Shown one piece after another: positions 19,567 to 28,791 of a stretch of 64,000 nucleotides of DNA (its first letter is position 1; every line of letters starts with the position of its first letter). The notes under the pieces are model-generated. The model made no database searches. It worked only from the letters and a program-made list of their open reading frames with translations, and had not been told where the DNA came from. The translations under genes and the position numbers were made by a program. The stretch is from NCBI GenBank assembly GCA_963666515.2, contig OY762897.2, forward strand, positions 1,600,001 through 1,664,000. The letters run 5' to 3'. The stretch comes from Candidatus Binatia bacterium (GTDB lineage Bacteria > Desulfobacterota > Binatia > UBA9968 > JAJDTQ01).

Positions 19567-20607
19567 TTATTGCGAAAACCGTACCTGCGCCGGGTTCAGC
19601 GCGCCGTGCCTGGACTTGTTGGCGGTGATGTCCAGCGCCTCGGGCATCTTGTCGATGCCCTCCAGCTTGTGGGTGATCATGGGGTCGATGTTGATGCGCT
19701 TCTGCGCCACCAGCCGCGCGGCCAGGGTCATTTCGCTGGGAGCCGCCAACTCCGGCGGGAACATGTAGGTGACCCGCTTGGCCCTGAGGTAGTTGAAGTC
19801 CAGGGTTACGGGCTCGTGGAAATGCGGGATGCTGAGGACCTTGCCGCCGGCGGCCACGCACGCCACCGCCTCCGACACGGTGGCGCCGCCCGAGAGGCCC
19901 ATCTGCGGGCTGCCGCTGGCCGCCTCGATGACGAAGGGAATGCCCTTGCCGCCGCTCAACTCCATCACCGCGTCCACCACGTTCTCCCTGGACGCGTCGA
20001 TGGTGACGTCGACCCCCAGCTCCTTGGCCAGCTCCAGGATCTCCGGCCTCATGTCGGTGCCGATGACCGTGTCCGCGCCAGCGGCCTTGGCCGCCTGCGC
20101 CGAGTTGAGGCCCATGACTCCCTGGCCCAGCACCAGCACCGTGTCCCCCAGCGTCACCCCCAGCACCTGGATGTTGTGGACGCAGCTTGTCAGCGGCTGC
20201 AACGCCGAAACCTCCCAGTCGCTGATGCCTTCGGGTATCTTGGCCAGCGCGTCCAGCGGCACCGCGGCGTACTCGGAGAAGAGTCCGGGGAAATCCCGGC
20301 CGATGGTACCGATGTGGGTGTGGGTCGCGCCCACCCGGTCGCCCACCGAAAGACCGTAGCCGTTGTCCTCCTCGATCTCGACGATCTCGGCGCAGAACTC
20401 GTGGCCGAACAGGGGCTCAGGACCCTGGGCCAGCTTCTTCTTCACCTTGTCGTAGCTGTTGGAGCGTTCGCCGTAGAAGAGCTGGACCTCGGTCACCGAA
20501 GGCTGCACCACCCGGGTCTTCAGCACCGCCCAGCCAGGCCGGCATTCCGGCTCCGGCAACTCCTCCAGCCGCATGTCCTTGAACGCGTGCGTCACCCAAC
20601 CGCGCAT
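19567..20607 (-). CDS. Medium-chain (zinc-type) dehydrogenase/reductase with atypical zinc ligands
   Basis: GHEF, VGDRV, GQGVMG Rossmann motif; PSVTE replaces CGSD; no structural-zinc Cys4 loop. Confidence 0.82.
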   Translation of the reverse strand: MRGWVTHAFKDMRLEELPEPECRPGWAVLKTRVVQPSVTEVQLFYGERSNSYDKVKKKLAQGPEPLFGHEFCAEIVEIEEDNGYGLSVGDRVGATHTHIGTIGRDFPGLFSEYAAVPLDALAKIPEGISDWEVSALQPLTSCVHNIQVLGVTLGDTVLVLGQGVMGLNSAQAAKAAGADTVIGTDMRPEILELAKELGVDVTIDASRENVVDAVMELSGGKGIPFVIEAASGSPQMGLSGGATVSEAVACVAAGGKVLSIPHFHEPVTLDFNYLRAKRVTYMFPPELAAPSEMTLAARLVAQKRINIDPMITHKLEGIDKMPEALDITANKSRHGALNPAQVRFSQ

Positions 20608-20724
20608 GATGCTTTCTCCCTTCAGGGGCGTGACCCGGAATGGCTGCTTCCGCTGACTAATAGTGAAAGGCCGGGGATTTTGCAAGGCGGACCGGGCCGC
20701 CCCGTGTCCTCAGGAGGACGCGGC

Positions 20725-20753
20725 TTGCATGTTCGCCAGCCGCGTTCTATGAT
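20725..20753 (+). promoter_or_regulatory. sigma70-like promoter of tRNA-Met
   Basis: TTGCAT-17 nt-TATGAT, 38 nt upstream of the tRNA. Confidence 0.6.
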
Positions 20754-20791
20754 TAACGCCTCTCCTTGCGCGACCGCGCTTCACGTACAAT

Positions 20792-20868
20792 GGCGGTGTA
20801 GCTCAGTTGGTCAGAGCACGCGGCTCATATCCGCGGCGTCGCTGGTTCAAGTCCAGCCACCGCCACCA
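20792..20868 (+). tRNA. tRNA-Met (CAT), elongator type
   Basis: GGCGGTGTAGCTCAG...CGCGG-CTCATAT-CCGCG...GGTTCAAGTCC...CACCGCCACCA; G1-C72 paired, so not initiator; Ile2 not fully excluded. Confidence 0.92.
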
Positions 20869-20902
20869 TTCACCCCTTTCGGCGGCCTCCCGCGGCACAG
20901 GT

Positions 20903-22663
20903 TCACGACGTCTTGCGAGACGCCGGGGCGTCCACGTGAACCGTGACGATGTCGGTGTCGTGATACTGCTGGTGATGGACCCTGGAGGCCAGGTGACGGA
21001 GCAGCCGGAGCGAGAGCTCCCGCTCTTCCGGCGCATCGACGGGACCGTTTCCGAGCAGCGCGATGCTGTCCTGGATGTTCTCCGTGCCGGCGCCGGCGAC
21101 GAACTCCAGCACGGCTCCGCCGCCTTCCTTGCGGGCGGTCAGCCGCAGCCGGCGCGGTTCCCGTCCCTCGCCCTGCTCGTCCTCGCGCATGAGCGTCAGC
21201 AGCGTCTCCTCGCCGGCGGCATCGAGACGGTCGGCCATGGCCTTGTCCCAGCCGCCGCGTGAAGCGAAGGCGGCGAGGAATTCGCGGATCTTCGGCAGCG
21301 CTTCCAGCCCGAACTCCACCTCCATGCGGCTCGGCCGGGGCGCGGTCAGTTCCACGAACGCGGTCATGAGGATGGCCACCAGCCCGCCGGCGGTCATGCC
21401 GTTCTGCAGCAGCCCGCCGGCCAGTTCGCCGAAGTATTCCGGGAAGATGACCCCGTTCTGGAAGCCGACCCCGGCCCAGAAAGACACGCCCACCACCAGC
21501 CCGGTGCGGTAGTCCAGCTCATCGTGGACCACCACCTTCATGCCGACCACGAACAGCATGGCCAGCAGCACGGTGGCGTAGGCCGCGACCACCGGCGCCG
21601 GGACCGCCAGAACGACCGCAAGCACCTTGGGCAGAAACGCCATGCCGACGAAGATCAACCCGATGGCGATGCCGACGTTGCGGGACGCGACGCCGGTCAG
21701 CTCGGTCACCGAGATGCTCGTCGAGTAGGTCGTGTTCGGCACCGTCCCGGCGAGGCCGGACAGCAGATTGCCCACGCCGTCCGCGCCCACCGCGCCCTGC
21801 ACCGCGCGGAAATCCACCGCACGGGTTGCGCGCCAGGAGACGCGCTGGATCGCCACGGCGTCGCCGATGGTCTCGATGGCGCCCACCAGGGTCACGAACA
21901 CGAACGCCGGCAGCAGCGCCCAGAAGACCCCTCCGAAGCTCAGGTCCAGGCCCGGCCACGTGCCGTCCGGAAGCCCCACCCAGGACGCCTTGGCGACCAT
22001 GCCCACGTCGTAGATGCCGAACGACGCCGCCACCACGGAGCCCACCACGACGCCGATGACCGGCGCCCACAGCCGCAGCGATCCGCTGGCCTTGAGGGCG
22101 ATGCAGGTGATCACCAGCACGGTGACCAGCGCGCTCAGCGGCGCCGCCAAGGCCGGGGAACCCTTCGGCACGTCGTCCAGCATGCCGAAGATGATGGGCA
22201 TCACCGTCACCGGGATCAGCATGATGACGGTTCCCGCCACCGCCGGCGTCAGTATCCGCCGCATCAGCGAAAGCCGGGACGAGAGGAGGAACTGGAAGAA
22301 CGACGAAACCAGCACCAGGGTGGCGAGCATCGCGGGGCCGCCCTTGACCAGGGCCGTGACGCAGACCGCGATGAACGCTCCCGAGGTGCCCATGAGCAGC
22401 ACGTGCCCGGCGCCGAAGCGGCCGACCCGGACCGCCTGCAGCACGGTGGTCACGCCGCTGATGGCAACCGCGGCGAACACCGCCCAGGAAAGGAACGCTT
22501 CGCTGCCGCCCGCGGCCCGGATCACGATGGCCGGAGTCAGCACGATCCCGGCGATGCAGAGAATGGCGAGTTGGAGGCCCAGCCCGAAGGCCAGCGCCAG
22601 CGGCGGCTGCTCGTCGGGCTGGTAGCGGATGCTCGTGCGATGGCCGGAGTCGTCGGTTGGCAT
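20903..22663 (-). CDS. NCS2 (xanthine/uracil) permease with C-terminal degenerate HATPase/anti-sigma-like domain
   Basis: LGLQ, MGTSGAF, IETIGD, ADGVGN, PNTTYS NCS2 motifs, plus ~140-aa soluble C-terminal extension. Confidence 0.85.
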   Translation of the reverse strand: MPTDDSGHRTSIRYQPDEQPPLALAFGLGLQLAILCIAGIVLTPAIVIRAAGGSEAFLSWAVFAAVAISGVTTVLQAVRVGRFGAGHVLLMGTSGAFIAVCVTALVKGGPAMLATLVLVSSFFQFLLSSRLSLMRRILTPAVAGTVIMLIPVTVMPIIFGMLDDVPKGSPALAAPLSALVTVLVITCIALKASGSLRLWAPVIGVVVGSVVAASFGIYDVGMVAKASWVGLPDGTWPGLDLSFGGVFWALLPAFVFVTLVGAIETIGDAVAIQRVSWRATRAVDFRAVQGAVGADGVGNLLSGLAGTVPNTTYSTSISVTELTGVASRNVGIAIGLIFVGMAFLPKVLAVVLAVPAPVVAAYATVLLAMLFVVGMKVVVHDELDYRTGLVVGVSFWAGVGFQNGVIFPEYFGELAGGLLQNGMTAGGLVAILMTAFVELTAPRPSRMEVEFGLEALPKIREFLAAFASRGGWDKAMADRLDAAGEETLLTLMREDEQGEGREPRRLRLTARKEGGGAVLEFVAGAGTENIQDSIALLGNGPVDAPEERELSLRLLRHLASRVHHQQYHDTDIVTVHVDAPASRKTS

Positions 22664-22860
22664 GATGTGACCCCGTGGGACGCGAACCTGCGACGGCGTG
22701 CTGTCCAGGATCATTGTCGGCACAGACAAAGAAAATATATCAGACCATTTTAGGGCGGCCAATACCACGCTGGACTTAATCTCTGCCGTCTTCCTGTCTG
22801 ACAAACCAGGACCATCTCAGTCTGGACACCAACTTGAGTATTTGCCCCAGTACGGTATGA

Positions 22861-23110
22861 TGAACTGGTCCCGGAAAATCGGACAGGTTGCTAAGGAGTA
22901 TTCCACCGACCGAAGGAGGAATACGCGATGAGCACACGACGGCGATTCAGCGGGGAGTTCAAGGGCAAGGTGACCCTGGATGCGTCGCGCGGGGACAAGA
23001 CGATCCGGGAAACGGCCACACGCCACAAGGTGCATCTGAAGCAGGTAAGACGCTGGGGACGGCCGGCGGTGGACGGCATGCAGGACGTCTTCTTCAACGG
23101 GCGGAACCGG
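22861..23110 (+). mobile_element. IS3-family left-end remnant with truncated orfA
   Basis: IR-like TGAACTGGTCCCGGAAAATCGGACA; orfA from 22928 MSTRRRFSGEFKGKV (HTH_Tnp_1-like) breaks off at about 23110. Confidence 0.75.
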
Positions 23111-23460
23111 CTCGTGAGAACATTTCATCGAACACCTTCGGTACCCCTTCAAGTACAAGGCCGTCTACCTTCTACTAATTCTCCGACAGCTTCGAGGGAG
23201 ATTCTGCCTTGACAGCCTCCACCCCGACCGGGGTTTTACGAAAAGGGAATGCTTCTGCTAACGCAGGCCAAGCGCAGCAGCTCGCTTTCCCCTCCCTCGG
23301 CTCAACCGGAACAGCAAGACATGTTAAACAGGAGCTTGGCGGCATGGCCCTACATTCGGAATACACGTCATCTCTGCAGCCCAACCGTCCAACAAATTGG
23401 GATCAACTCAATCCTACTGGCGTCGTGCATTGGAGTTGACCCGATTAGGTGGACACCTAA

Positions 23461-24511
23461 CCCAAGTTTAACAGAGGTAGTTGAGAGTCGTTATAATTCA
23501 TGGGGTTAGCGGGGCAATTTTGGTCTTCTGGCACTACATTCTGGTGTTTTTGACGATAATTCCAAGAGTTCAGACGGTCAACTTTTTGATACCGCCGGGT
23601 GCGGGATTGAGCCCGAGAGCGTTGTAGATTTGGAGTTGCTGGGGCTCGGCCCGGGTGGCCTTACGGACATGCAGGGTGCGGCCGTCCTTGCGGCGGAAGG
23701 TGGCGGTGACCCGGTGCTGGCCTTGGAGGATGCAGCGCAAGGTGGTCCAACTGGCGGTCTCGCCCAAGGCCGCGAGGCGGCGGCGGATGATCTGCACGAG
23801 TTGGTACGCGATGACGGTGATGAACAAATGGCCGTCGGAGCGGTGCTGCTTTTGGTGGAAGATGGGGCGCAGGCCGAGTTCGGACTTGAGGGAGCGGAAC
23901 ACGGCTTCGAGATCGGTGATCATGGTGTAAGTGCGCCAGAGGGTTTGCGGGTCCCAGTCGCCGAGGTTGGTGCGCAGACAGTAGACGCCGGGATGAGTGA
24001 GCATGGTGCCCGGGCGGGGCTGGCGCTCCCAGGTGACGGCCGCGGCCTTGCCGCCTTGGGGGTCGGCCACCACCTCGACCCGGTAATGCTGCGCGGCCCC
24101 TCGGCTTTGTTCCTGGATGCGCCCGATGCGCTGCCAGACATGGTCGAGGGCCTTGCGGGGGCGGGAGAGCCCCTCATGGAGTTTTTGCAAGGCGCCTTCG
24201 AAGCGTGCGGCAAAGCGTTTGGAGATGCCTTCCTCCTTCTTGGCGCGAGCTTCGGAGTAGCAGTACAATCGCACCTCGTCGTGGTCCTCGTCAACGACCC
24301 GGTGCAGGTGAACCTTGTGGTGAGAGCGGGTCTCGATGGCAGTGGCCAGTTCGGGATCGAAAAGCCGGGTGCGTTGGCGGCTGACCACCAGATAGCGGTA
24401 GCCCTGGTCCCGCAGCCAGGCGATGTTGTTCTCGGTGGCAATGCCTGCATCCATCACCACCACAGCATCGGCGGGCGTCTGGAGGGCTTCAAGCATGGAC
24501 GCCAGGGTCTT
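23461..24511 (-). mobile_element. IS1634-family 3' fragment (truncated transposase 23570..~24511)
   Basis: VVMDAGIATENN, GVYCLRTN, LEAVFRSLKSELGLRPIFHQ; end-like sequence CCCAAGTT at 23461; N-terminal half missing. Confidence 0.82.
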
Positions 24512-24934
24512 TAAGGGTCTTCGTGAGGACGGATTGACGACGGCGGAGCGCGAGGAGTTGCGTCGGCTTCGGCGGGACAATCGCCAGCTCCGCGAAAAGC
24601 GGAAGATCCTAAAAAAGCCGCGGCTTGGTTCGCCCGGGAGACTGGGACAGTACCGGGGAGGTTTTCGAGTTCGTGAAGGCGAATCAGGCCGAACATCGGG
24701 TGGCCACGATGTGCCGGGTGCTGGGCGTCTCCCTCAGCGGGTACTACGCGTGGCTGGGGCGCGGGCGGTCGCGTCGTGCCAAGCGCGACGAGGAGTTGCG
24801 CGGGGCGATCCGAAAGATCCACAAGGCTTCCCGAGGCACCTACGGGGTTCCTCGGGTGCAGGCGGAGTTGGCCGCTGCCGGCTCGGCTGTGAGCCGCAAG
24901 CGGGTGGCGCGTCTGATGCGCGAGGGCACATGGA

Positions 24935-25030
24935 GAGCCGATGCGGTGAGAGTCGCACGTCCGGTTCGGAGGGCGGGCCGGAGAAACCCATCGCTCGAAA
25001 GACGACAGGGCGCTCCGGTCCGACCCCTAC
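24935..25030 (+). mobile_element. Group II intron 3' remnant (domains V-VI)
   Basis: GAGCCGATGCGGTGAGAGTCGCACGTCCGGTTC (DV), then GGAGGGCGGGCCGG...CCGGTCCGACCCCTAC (DVI, AC end), directly followed by IS3 orfB codons TYVPTW. Confidence 0.88.
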
Positions 25031-25734
25031 ACGTACGTGCCGACCTGGACGGGATTCGTGTACTTGGCTATAGTGCTGGATGTGTTCAGCCGCAAGGTCG
25101 TGGGGCGGTCCATGACTCATCATCTTCGTACCGAACTGGTGCTCGCAGCGCTCAACATGGCCGTCGGCCAGCGCCGTCCCACGGAGGTGGTCCATCATTC
25201 CGACAAGGGCTCCCAGTACACGTCGCTGGCCTTCGGCAAGGGCTGCCGCCAGATGGGAGTGCTGACCTCCGCCGGGTCGGCCGGGGATTGCTACGGCAAC
25301 GCCATGGCCGAGAGCTTCTTCGCCACCCTGGAGTGCGAGCTGAGCGAGCGGCAGGCGTTCCAAACCCAGGCCGAGGCACGCATGGCCGTCTTCCAGTTCA
25401 TCGAGGGCTGGTACAACACCCGACGCCGGCACTCTGCCCTACGCTACCTGAGCCCCAACGACTTTGAGCGCGCCGTTGAGGCGGCTGGGGCGCATCCTGA
25501 TGGCAACACTGGCCCGAACCAGGAGACCGACCCTGTCGTCTTCCTGATCCCCGAGCCGGATGTCCATGACCGCCCTCGGGGGCTCAATCCCTCGGTAATG
25601 GGGAAGGCTATGTTTCCAACGGCTGTCGCGCACCGCGGTGCCGGTGCATACAGCCCCCAACTATCCACGGGGTAACTCCACATTGACTCTTTTCACACTA
25701 AATTCTGACGACCACCGTAAAAGGATCTAGTACC

Positions 25735-28638
25735 ATGACCAGAGGCACACGTAGGATCAAAGACTCCCTTCGGTCTTGCTCTCAGAACCAGAAATTGGCC
25801 AAGCAAGCGTTTGCAAAAAAGGATCTTGACGAATACCACAAGCACGCTCAGCTCTTGATACACGATCTGCATACTGCTTTCAATTTCACAATGGAAGTGA
25901 TCTTAAACCATTTTCTACCGGCCGAACAGTTTGGCAGTAAAGGTTTTGAGGAGCGATTGAATCGGTTAAAGGAAGCCGTTATATCCCCCCTCGACGACGA
26001 AATAGACCGAGCAATTGCTGAGATAAAACTGCTACGTGACAAGGGGGACCATAGTTTAAACTCTCCCGGGTATATCTTGACGCCCGACGCCTTGGACCAC
26101 CATTTGAAATACATCCAAGAGTGGATCAATACCGAACTAGAGAATGTAAAAAAAAGGCCAATTGACCTGGGGTATTGTGATTTTCTGGTAGATACGCAAA
26201 AAGCACAAGCTATGCTGCTTCTAAAGTCTGTAAAGGTCGGAGAGGACCGAAAAGGTGCCGTGATCCTCGTTCACGGGGAAGGTGGAACCGGGAAATCAAG
26301 ACTTGCGGGTACAATACTTGATTTGGCACACCGTACTGGCTGGGATACTTTTGAGTATCATTGTACACCCCCAGGTGCCGTACTCAAATCGTTTGTCGAC
26401 ACAATTACCGCTGACCTTTCGAAGAGCAATGGATATAGGGGTTCCGCAACAATCAAACTCCCGGCTGAATCTCAGCGGGTCGCACGAGTCGGCGATACCA
26501 GTAGTGACGATTATACAGCTCCAGTCAGAAACCGGGCCATGTCATTTTCCCAGGCCCTATACGGCCGCTTCGAGAAGACCCGAACAGGAGGATCAGCAAA
26601 ACCGATCCTGATTTCTATAGACAACATGCAATGGTTGACGGAGACCGAGACCGACGAGATTTCCATTCTTATCAGAGATTACCGTAAAGGCCCTGTTGTG
26701 TTGATGGGTGTTTTCGGAGGTGACGTCGAAAAAGCCTCATCACCGAACCTTAGCCGTTTGATGAGCCTCGTGGAGAGGGGACGCCTCGTGAAACTTCGCC
26801 TTGAGAACATTCCCAAGGAAAAGATCAAAGACGCGATCAGATTAATGTTCTGGGACAAGCCATCTGACTTTCCTGAATGGTTCCATGAACTCTTATACGA
26901 CGCAACTAACGGCAATATCTTTTTTCTCCGTGAACTATTAAAAGGGATGACGTACGTCGGTGACACTAGAAAAAGTACGCCAATTCTCGTAAACAACATA
27001 ACGGATGACGAGGATGACCAAAGTGGCAAATGGGTTATCACAAAATCGAAAGAAGACTTGGAAATCCCGAGACGGGTCAAATCGGTTGTGACGGAAATAC
27101 TGCGTAGGCTCGATAAGGAATCGACTGGTGTTGCCGAGTGCGCGGCGGTGGCAGGAGGTCTGACCAATTTTCCTCAGGTACTGGTTGAGCGACTGGTGGA
27201 ACGTGTGGACAGTCAACCGCAAAAAACCATAGAGGATGCCCTCATAAGGTTGGCACGGGAAGGGATAATCGTTTTTCAGCAACAACATCATGATGTAGCC
27301 ATTAGGTTTTTGCACGAACTTACTAAGGACCAAATATATTCAAATATCGACACGGAACGAAAAAAGGAACTTCACTCGGCGACGGCAGCTATTATGGCGA
27401 ACGATCCTAATCTCCGTGTCCTCGGAGAGGATTACCACGAAACTATCGCAAACCACTTCTTCCAAGCCGAAATGCACTTGGATGCTGCCCGTCATTACCA
27501 CATTGCGGCGAACGAGTCAGTCCAAAACTGCTTGTTTAGAAATGCGACAAGACAACTCGAACAATCAATCGCGGCGATGAAAAGGATCCAAAAATTCCAT
27601 TCTTCTGAAGAAGAGCTTGACGTCCAAATTGCCTATTCAGATGCCTTGAGGCAGTGCGGCGACTTTGGAAAAGCAATTGAAGTCCTGGAGTCGATTTACC
27701 CGATTAGCGACGACTCAATACGCGCCCGTGGTAGGATCCTCAACATGCTGGGAGACTTGTACTGCTTGAATGGCTCAAGGGAGCTTGCTTTACAAGCCTA
27801 CAATGAGTGCCACAAGTTAGCTGAAGCCGAGAATCTTTCAGAACTTCTATTGGAAGTCACATCAGACCTCTGCGAGTTTTACGATCGTGAAGCAGAACGG
27901 TACTCAGGCAACCCAAACAAAGTGAAGGAGTTGATTGAAAAGGGTGATCAGTTTTTGATCCAACAGGTAAGTTTGGCGAATAAAAGCAACGACGACTCTG
28001 CGAAGGCCCGGGCGGCACGTAACCAAGCGAAACAGATGCGACGACGTGGCGAATTTGAACAGGCAATTGGCATCTACAAAAGGGCTTTGAGTTTTTATTC
28101 CTCTCAACCTAACGACCATTCCGTCCTTATTCCCTATGCAAAAACACTTTTTCTTTCCTATAAGTCCGCCACTCGTCTTGGCGGAGCGCCGGCACTGCCA
28201 GCCCGACTCGCGGCCAAAACGAGGAGACAAGAGGCGTACAATATTGTCGCCGATTTGCTCAAACGCGGAAAAAAAACAGGAGCCAAAAGAACACGGGCAA
28301 TCGCGCGGCAGTATAGAGGGTTGTTTCGTATGGGAGACGAGAACAGTAAAGCCAAGAAAGACCTAAAGGCAGCATTGAAGGTTTTTAAGGAGATCAAATT
28401 TGCTCGTGGTCTTACTGAAACATATATAGCGTTAGGAGAATGGTACCTCGAGAAGGGTAAGAAAAAGAAGGCAATCGAAATGTTTTCCTCAGGCCTGGAG
28501 ATTAAGGGCGACATCCGTCATCTTGCACTGCGCGCGGCCGACACTCTTGACGTGATGACCGAGACTGATCGAGCGGAAAGGCTCCGCGAATTGGTCGGCG
28601 GGAAGCGCCAGAGATGGCCGGAAGCCAGACGCACCTAA
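25735..28638 (+). CDS. STAND-like AAA ATPase with N-terminal HEPN-like domain and C-terminal TPRs
   Basis: RDKGDH (Rx4H) in the N-terminal helical domain; Walker A GEGGTGKS; Walker B ISIDNMQW; TNGNIFFLRE; RFLHEL; TPR-like helices; visibly AT-richer than flanks. Confidence 0.75.
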   Translation: MTRGTRRIKDSLRSCSQNQKLAKQAFAKKDLDEYHKHAQLLIHDLHTAFNFTMEVILNHFLPAEQFGSKGFEERLNRLKEAVISPLDDEIDRAIAEIKLLRDKGDHSLNSPGYILTPDALDHHLKYIQEWINTELENVKKRPIDLGYCDFLVDTQKAQAMLLLKSVKVGEDRKGAVILVHGEGGTGKSRLAGTILDLAHRTGWDTFEYHCTPPGAVLKSFVDTITADLSKSNGYRGSATIKLPAESQRVARVGDTSSDDYTAPVRNRAMSFSQALYGRFEKTRTGGSAKPILISIDNMQWLTETETDEISILIRDYRKGPVVLMGVFGGDVEKASSPNLSRLMSLVERGRLVKLRLENIPKEKIKDAIRLMFWDKPSDFPEWFHELLYDATNGNIFFLRELLKGMTYVGDTRKSTPILVNNITDDEDDQSGKWVITKSKEDLEIPRRVKSVVTEILRRLDKESTGVAECAAVAGGLTNFPQVLVERLVERVDSQPQKTIEDALIRLAREGIIVFQQQHHDVAIRFLHELTKDQIYSNIDTERKKELHSATAAIMANDPNLRVLGEDYHETIANHFFQAEMHLDAARHYHIAANESVQNCLFRNATRQLEQSIAAMKRIQKFHSSEEELDVQIAYSDALRQCGDFGKAIEVLESIYPISDDSIRARGRILNMLGDLYCLNGSRELALQAYNECHKLAEAENLSELLLEVTSDLCEFYDREAERYSGNPNKVKELIEKGDQFLIQQVSLANKSNDDSAKARAARNQAKQMRRRGEFEQAIGIYKRALSFYSSQPNDHSVLIPYAKTLFLSYKSATRLGGAPALPARLAAKTRRQEAYNIVADLLKRGKKTGAKRTRAIARQYRGLFRMGDENSKAKKDLKAALKVFKEIKFARGLTETYIALGEWYLEKGKKKKAIEMFSSGLEIKGDIRHLALRAADTLDVMTETDRAERLRELVGGKRQRWPEARRT

Positions 28639-28666
28639 TAAGTCGCGGGGCATTACCTCGGCGTTT

Positions 28667-28689
28667 TGGAACTGCCCCGGAAAACTCGG
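28667..28689 (+). mobile_element. Isolated IS3-like terminal sequence
   Basis: TGGAACTGCCCCGGAAAACTCGG resembles the IS end at 22861; lies at the right edge of the AT-rich island. Confidence 0.45.
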
Positions 28690-28791
28690 CAACGTCACGG
28701 AACTGGTGACCGCGAGGCGGTATTATACAGCCCATGGCCGTTTGTGATGCAGTATCTTGATTAAGACGACAGGGACCCGGAGGGGTTTTCC

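Larger units (their letters stand above)
23431..25680 (+). mobile_element. Decayed IS3-family element containing nested insertions
   Basis: Left end TGGAGTTGACCC, right end GGGTAACTCCA, 3-bp flanking duplication CAT (23428-30 / 25681-83); orfA tail EREELRRLRR, A-run at 24611-16, orfB HTH and rve core (HHSDKGSQY, NAMAESFF, YNTRRRHS). Confidence 0.88.

Noticed and set aside
24512-24580. Start of the 336-aa IS1634 ORF as an intact transposase
   Set aside because: The first ~23 codons are the antisense of IS3 orfA across a deletion junction; the transposase is 5'-truncated.
20850-28700. tRNA-Met-anchored integrative element
   Set aside because: No integrase, and no duplicated tRNA 3' end (att site) found by eye at the far side of the island; a host-like permease lies in between.
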